A DNA stretch of 64,000 nucleotides from Anthoceros angustus (lineage: Eukaryota; Plantae; Anthocerotophyta). The stretch covers positions 62,001 through 126,000 of the forward strand of contig MU008171.1 in NCBI GenBank assembly GCA_010909165.1. The letters run 5' to 3'. The notes under the pieces are model-generated. The model saw nothing but the letters and a program-made list of their open reading frames with translations. It did not search any database and was not told the DNA's origin. The position numbers were made by a program, and so were the translations under genes. Positions 62,873 to 64,000 of the stretch are shown here, in pieces (within the stretch, counting starts at the first letter, position 1; each line of letters begins with the position of its first letter).

Positions 62873-63010
62873 ATCCCAATTACAAATAATAGAGGTTCAA
62901 AACGTCCCAATTACATATAAGAGAGGTTTAAAACTTCTCAATTACAAATTAGAGAGGTTCAAAACATCCCAATTACAAATTAGAGATGTCCCAATTATGA
63001 ATGAGAGAGG
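62873..63010. repeat. Tandem array of ~31-bp units, possibly a DNA-transposon subterminal repeat
   Basis: CCCAATTACAAATTAGAGAGGTTCAAAACAT is repeated about 4-5 times. Confidence 0.8.
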
Positions 63011-63388
63011 TTTCTCATTTATGGCATTGCACATTGAAGGAGTAAGCTCCGGCATCCCAATTAAAGGGTTTCCCATTTAGAGGGGTCCCAATAAGAGGAG
63101 GTGGATGATGCATATGTACATATTGTCCTTACCATATGTGTTTCACACACATAGTTATGTACATATTGTCAGTTACTGTGTTTGTTTCGCACGTTTCTTC
63201 TAAACCTAAGAGCAAGGACAAAGGTTTATATAAACATACATATTAGTTAGTCCATGTTCATAACGTATCAAACCCTAAGCTCTAAACCCTTATCTTTGAT
63301 AAAATTTACAAAAATCAAAATAAACTATGATGGAGGAAAGATAGCACAATACTCAAATGGTACAGCAACACTGAGAATGCGAATATGT

Positions 63389-64000
63389 TTAATCTTCTCT
63401 TGAATCCTCGGATCTTAAACTTGTGCAAACGTCTGCTAGTACACTTAGCGGCAACCAAGGATCATTAGGGCTTAGTTCGGTAAGAGGGACATATGTAACA
63501 TGTCTCAAACCAACTCTAGATGGGATTTGTGATTCTTCTATAGTACCACCAGCCTCATTGGGCACATTGTCCTCTCCTGCACCAGCGGCAACATGCACAT
63601 CATCTTTTTCCGCACCAGACTCATTGGGCACATTATCTCCTTCTGCACCAGCGACAACGTGCACATCATCTTCTTGCGCAATAGAATCATTGGGCACATT
63701 ATCTTTTTCTGCACTAGCCCCACCATGCACATATTTAGGTTCCATGTGTATCTCTTCCTTCGTACCCAAAGTGCTCTCCACCAAATTTTGCTCTATAAAA
63801 CATAACTCAACTTCAAGTTTCTTACGTATTTCTTCCCCTCCATGAGATTCACCACGCACATCTCCCTTGGACTTAACACAGAGATGGTGTACATTTCGTT
63901 CTATAGAAGCGCACTCGAGTCCAACACTCACAGTACCCGAAGACGATGCATGGTAAGTGTTTACAGGCACTACATTTGTTGTAGACGGTGCAATATCATT
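63389..64000 (-). other. 3' part of an acidic repeat-containing ORF running off the window, probably transposon-associated
   Basis: ORF 63389-63970 has three 66-bp repeats (DNVPNE...DDVHV.AGA) at ~63556, 63622 and 63688. No family recognised. Confidence 0.35.

Noticed and set aside
63265-63292. AAACCCT telomere-like motifs
   Set aside because: Only two interrupted copies; not a telomeric array.

Overview
Nuclear DNA of a gene-dense, short-intron, non-seed land plant. A hornwort is the best guess, inferred from a WW-type PLS-PPR, a retained SYMRK and tight gene spacing. Nine protein genes are supported: proline dehydrogenase (+), kinesin-4 (-), a split bromodomain protein (-), an intronless PLS-class PPR editing factor (+), mitochondrial ClpX (+), a 3-exon small protein largely missed by the ORF track (-), LAF3-type amidohydrolase (-), a PMM/PGM-family mutase (+) and SYMRK (-). 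There is also one tRNA-Ser(GCT). The intergenic blocks hold a CACTA right end, a 2.27-kb solo LTR with a perfect TSD, and an Athila-type LTR/PBS/gag relic with a nested solo LTR. They also hold a Ty3 integrase relic, CRE-clade and RTE/L1-like LINE fragments, short dispersed repeats and tandem arrays. No CRISPR array or rRNA was found. I see no clear-cut new multi-gene system. The best leads are the PPR with a decodable codon-phased target, ORFs associated with LTRs, the hidden uORF-coupled small gene and the divergent SYMRK ectodomain. All family assignments come from motif recognition by eye, not from database searches.
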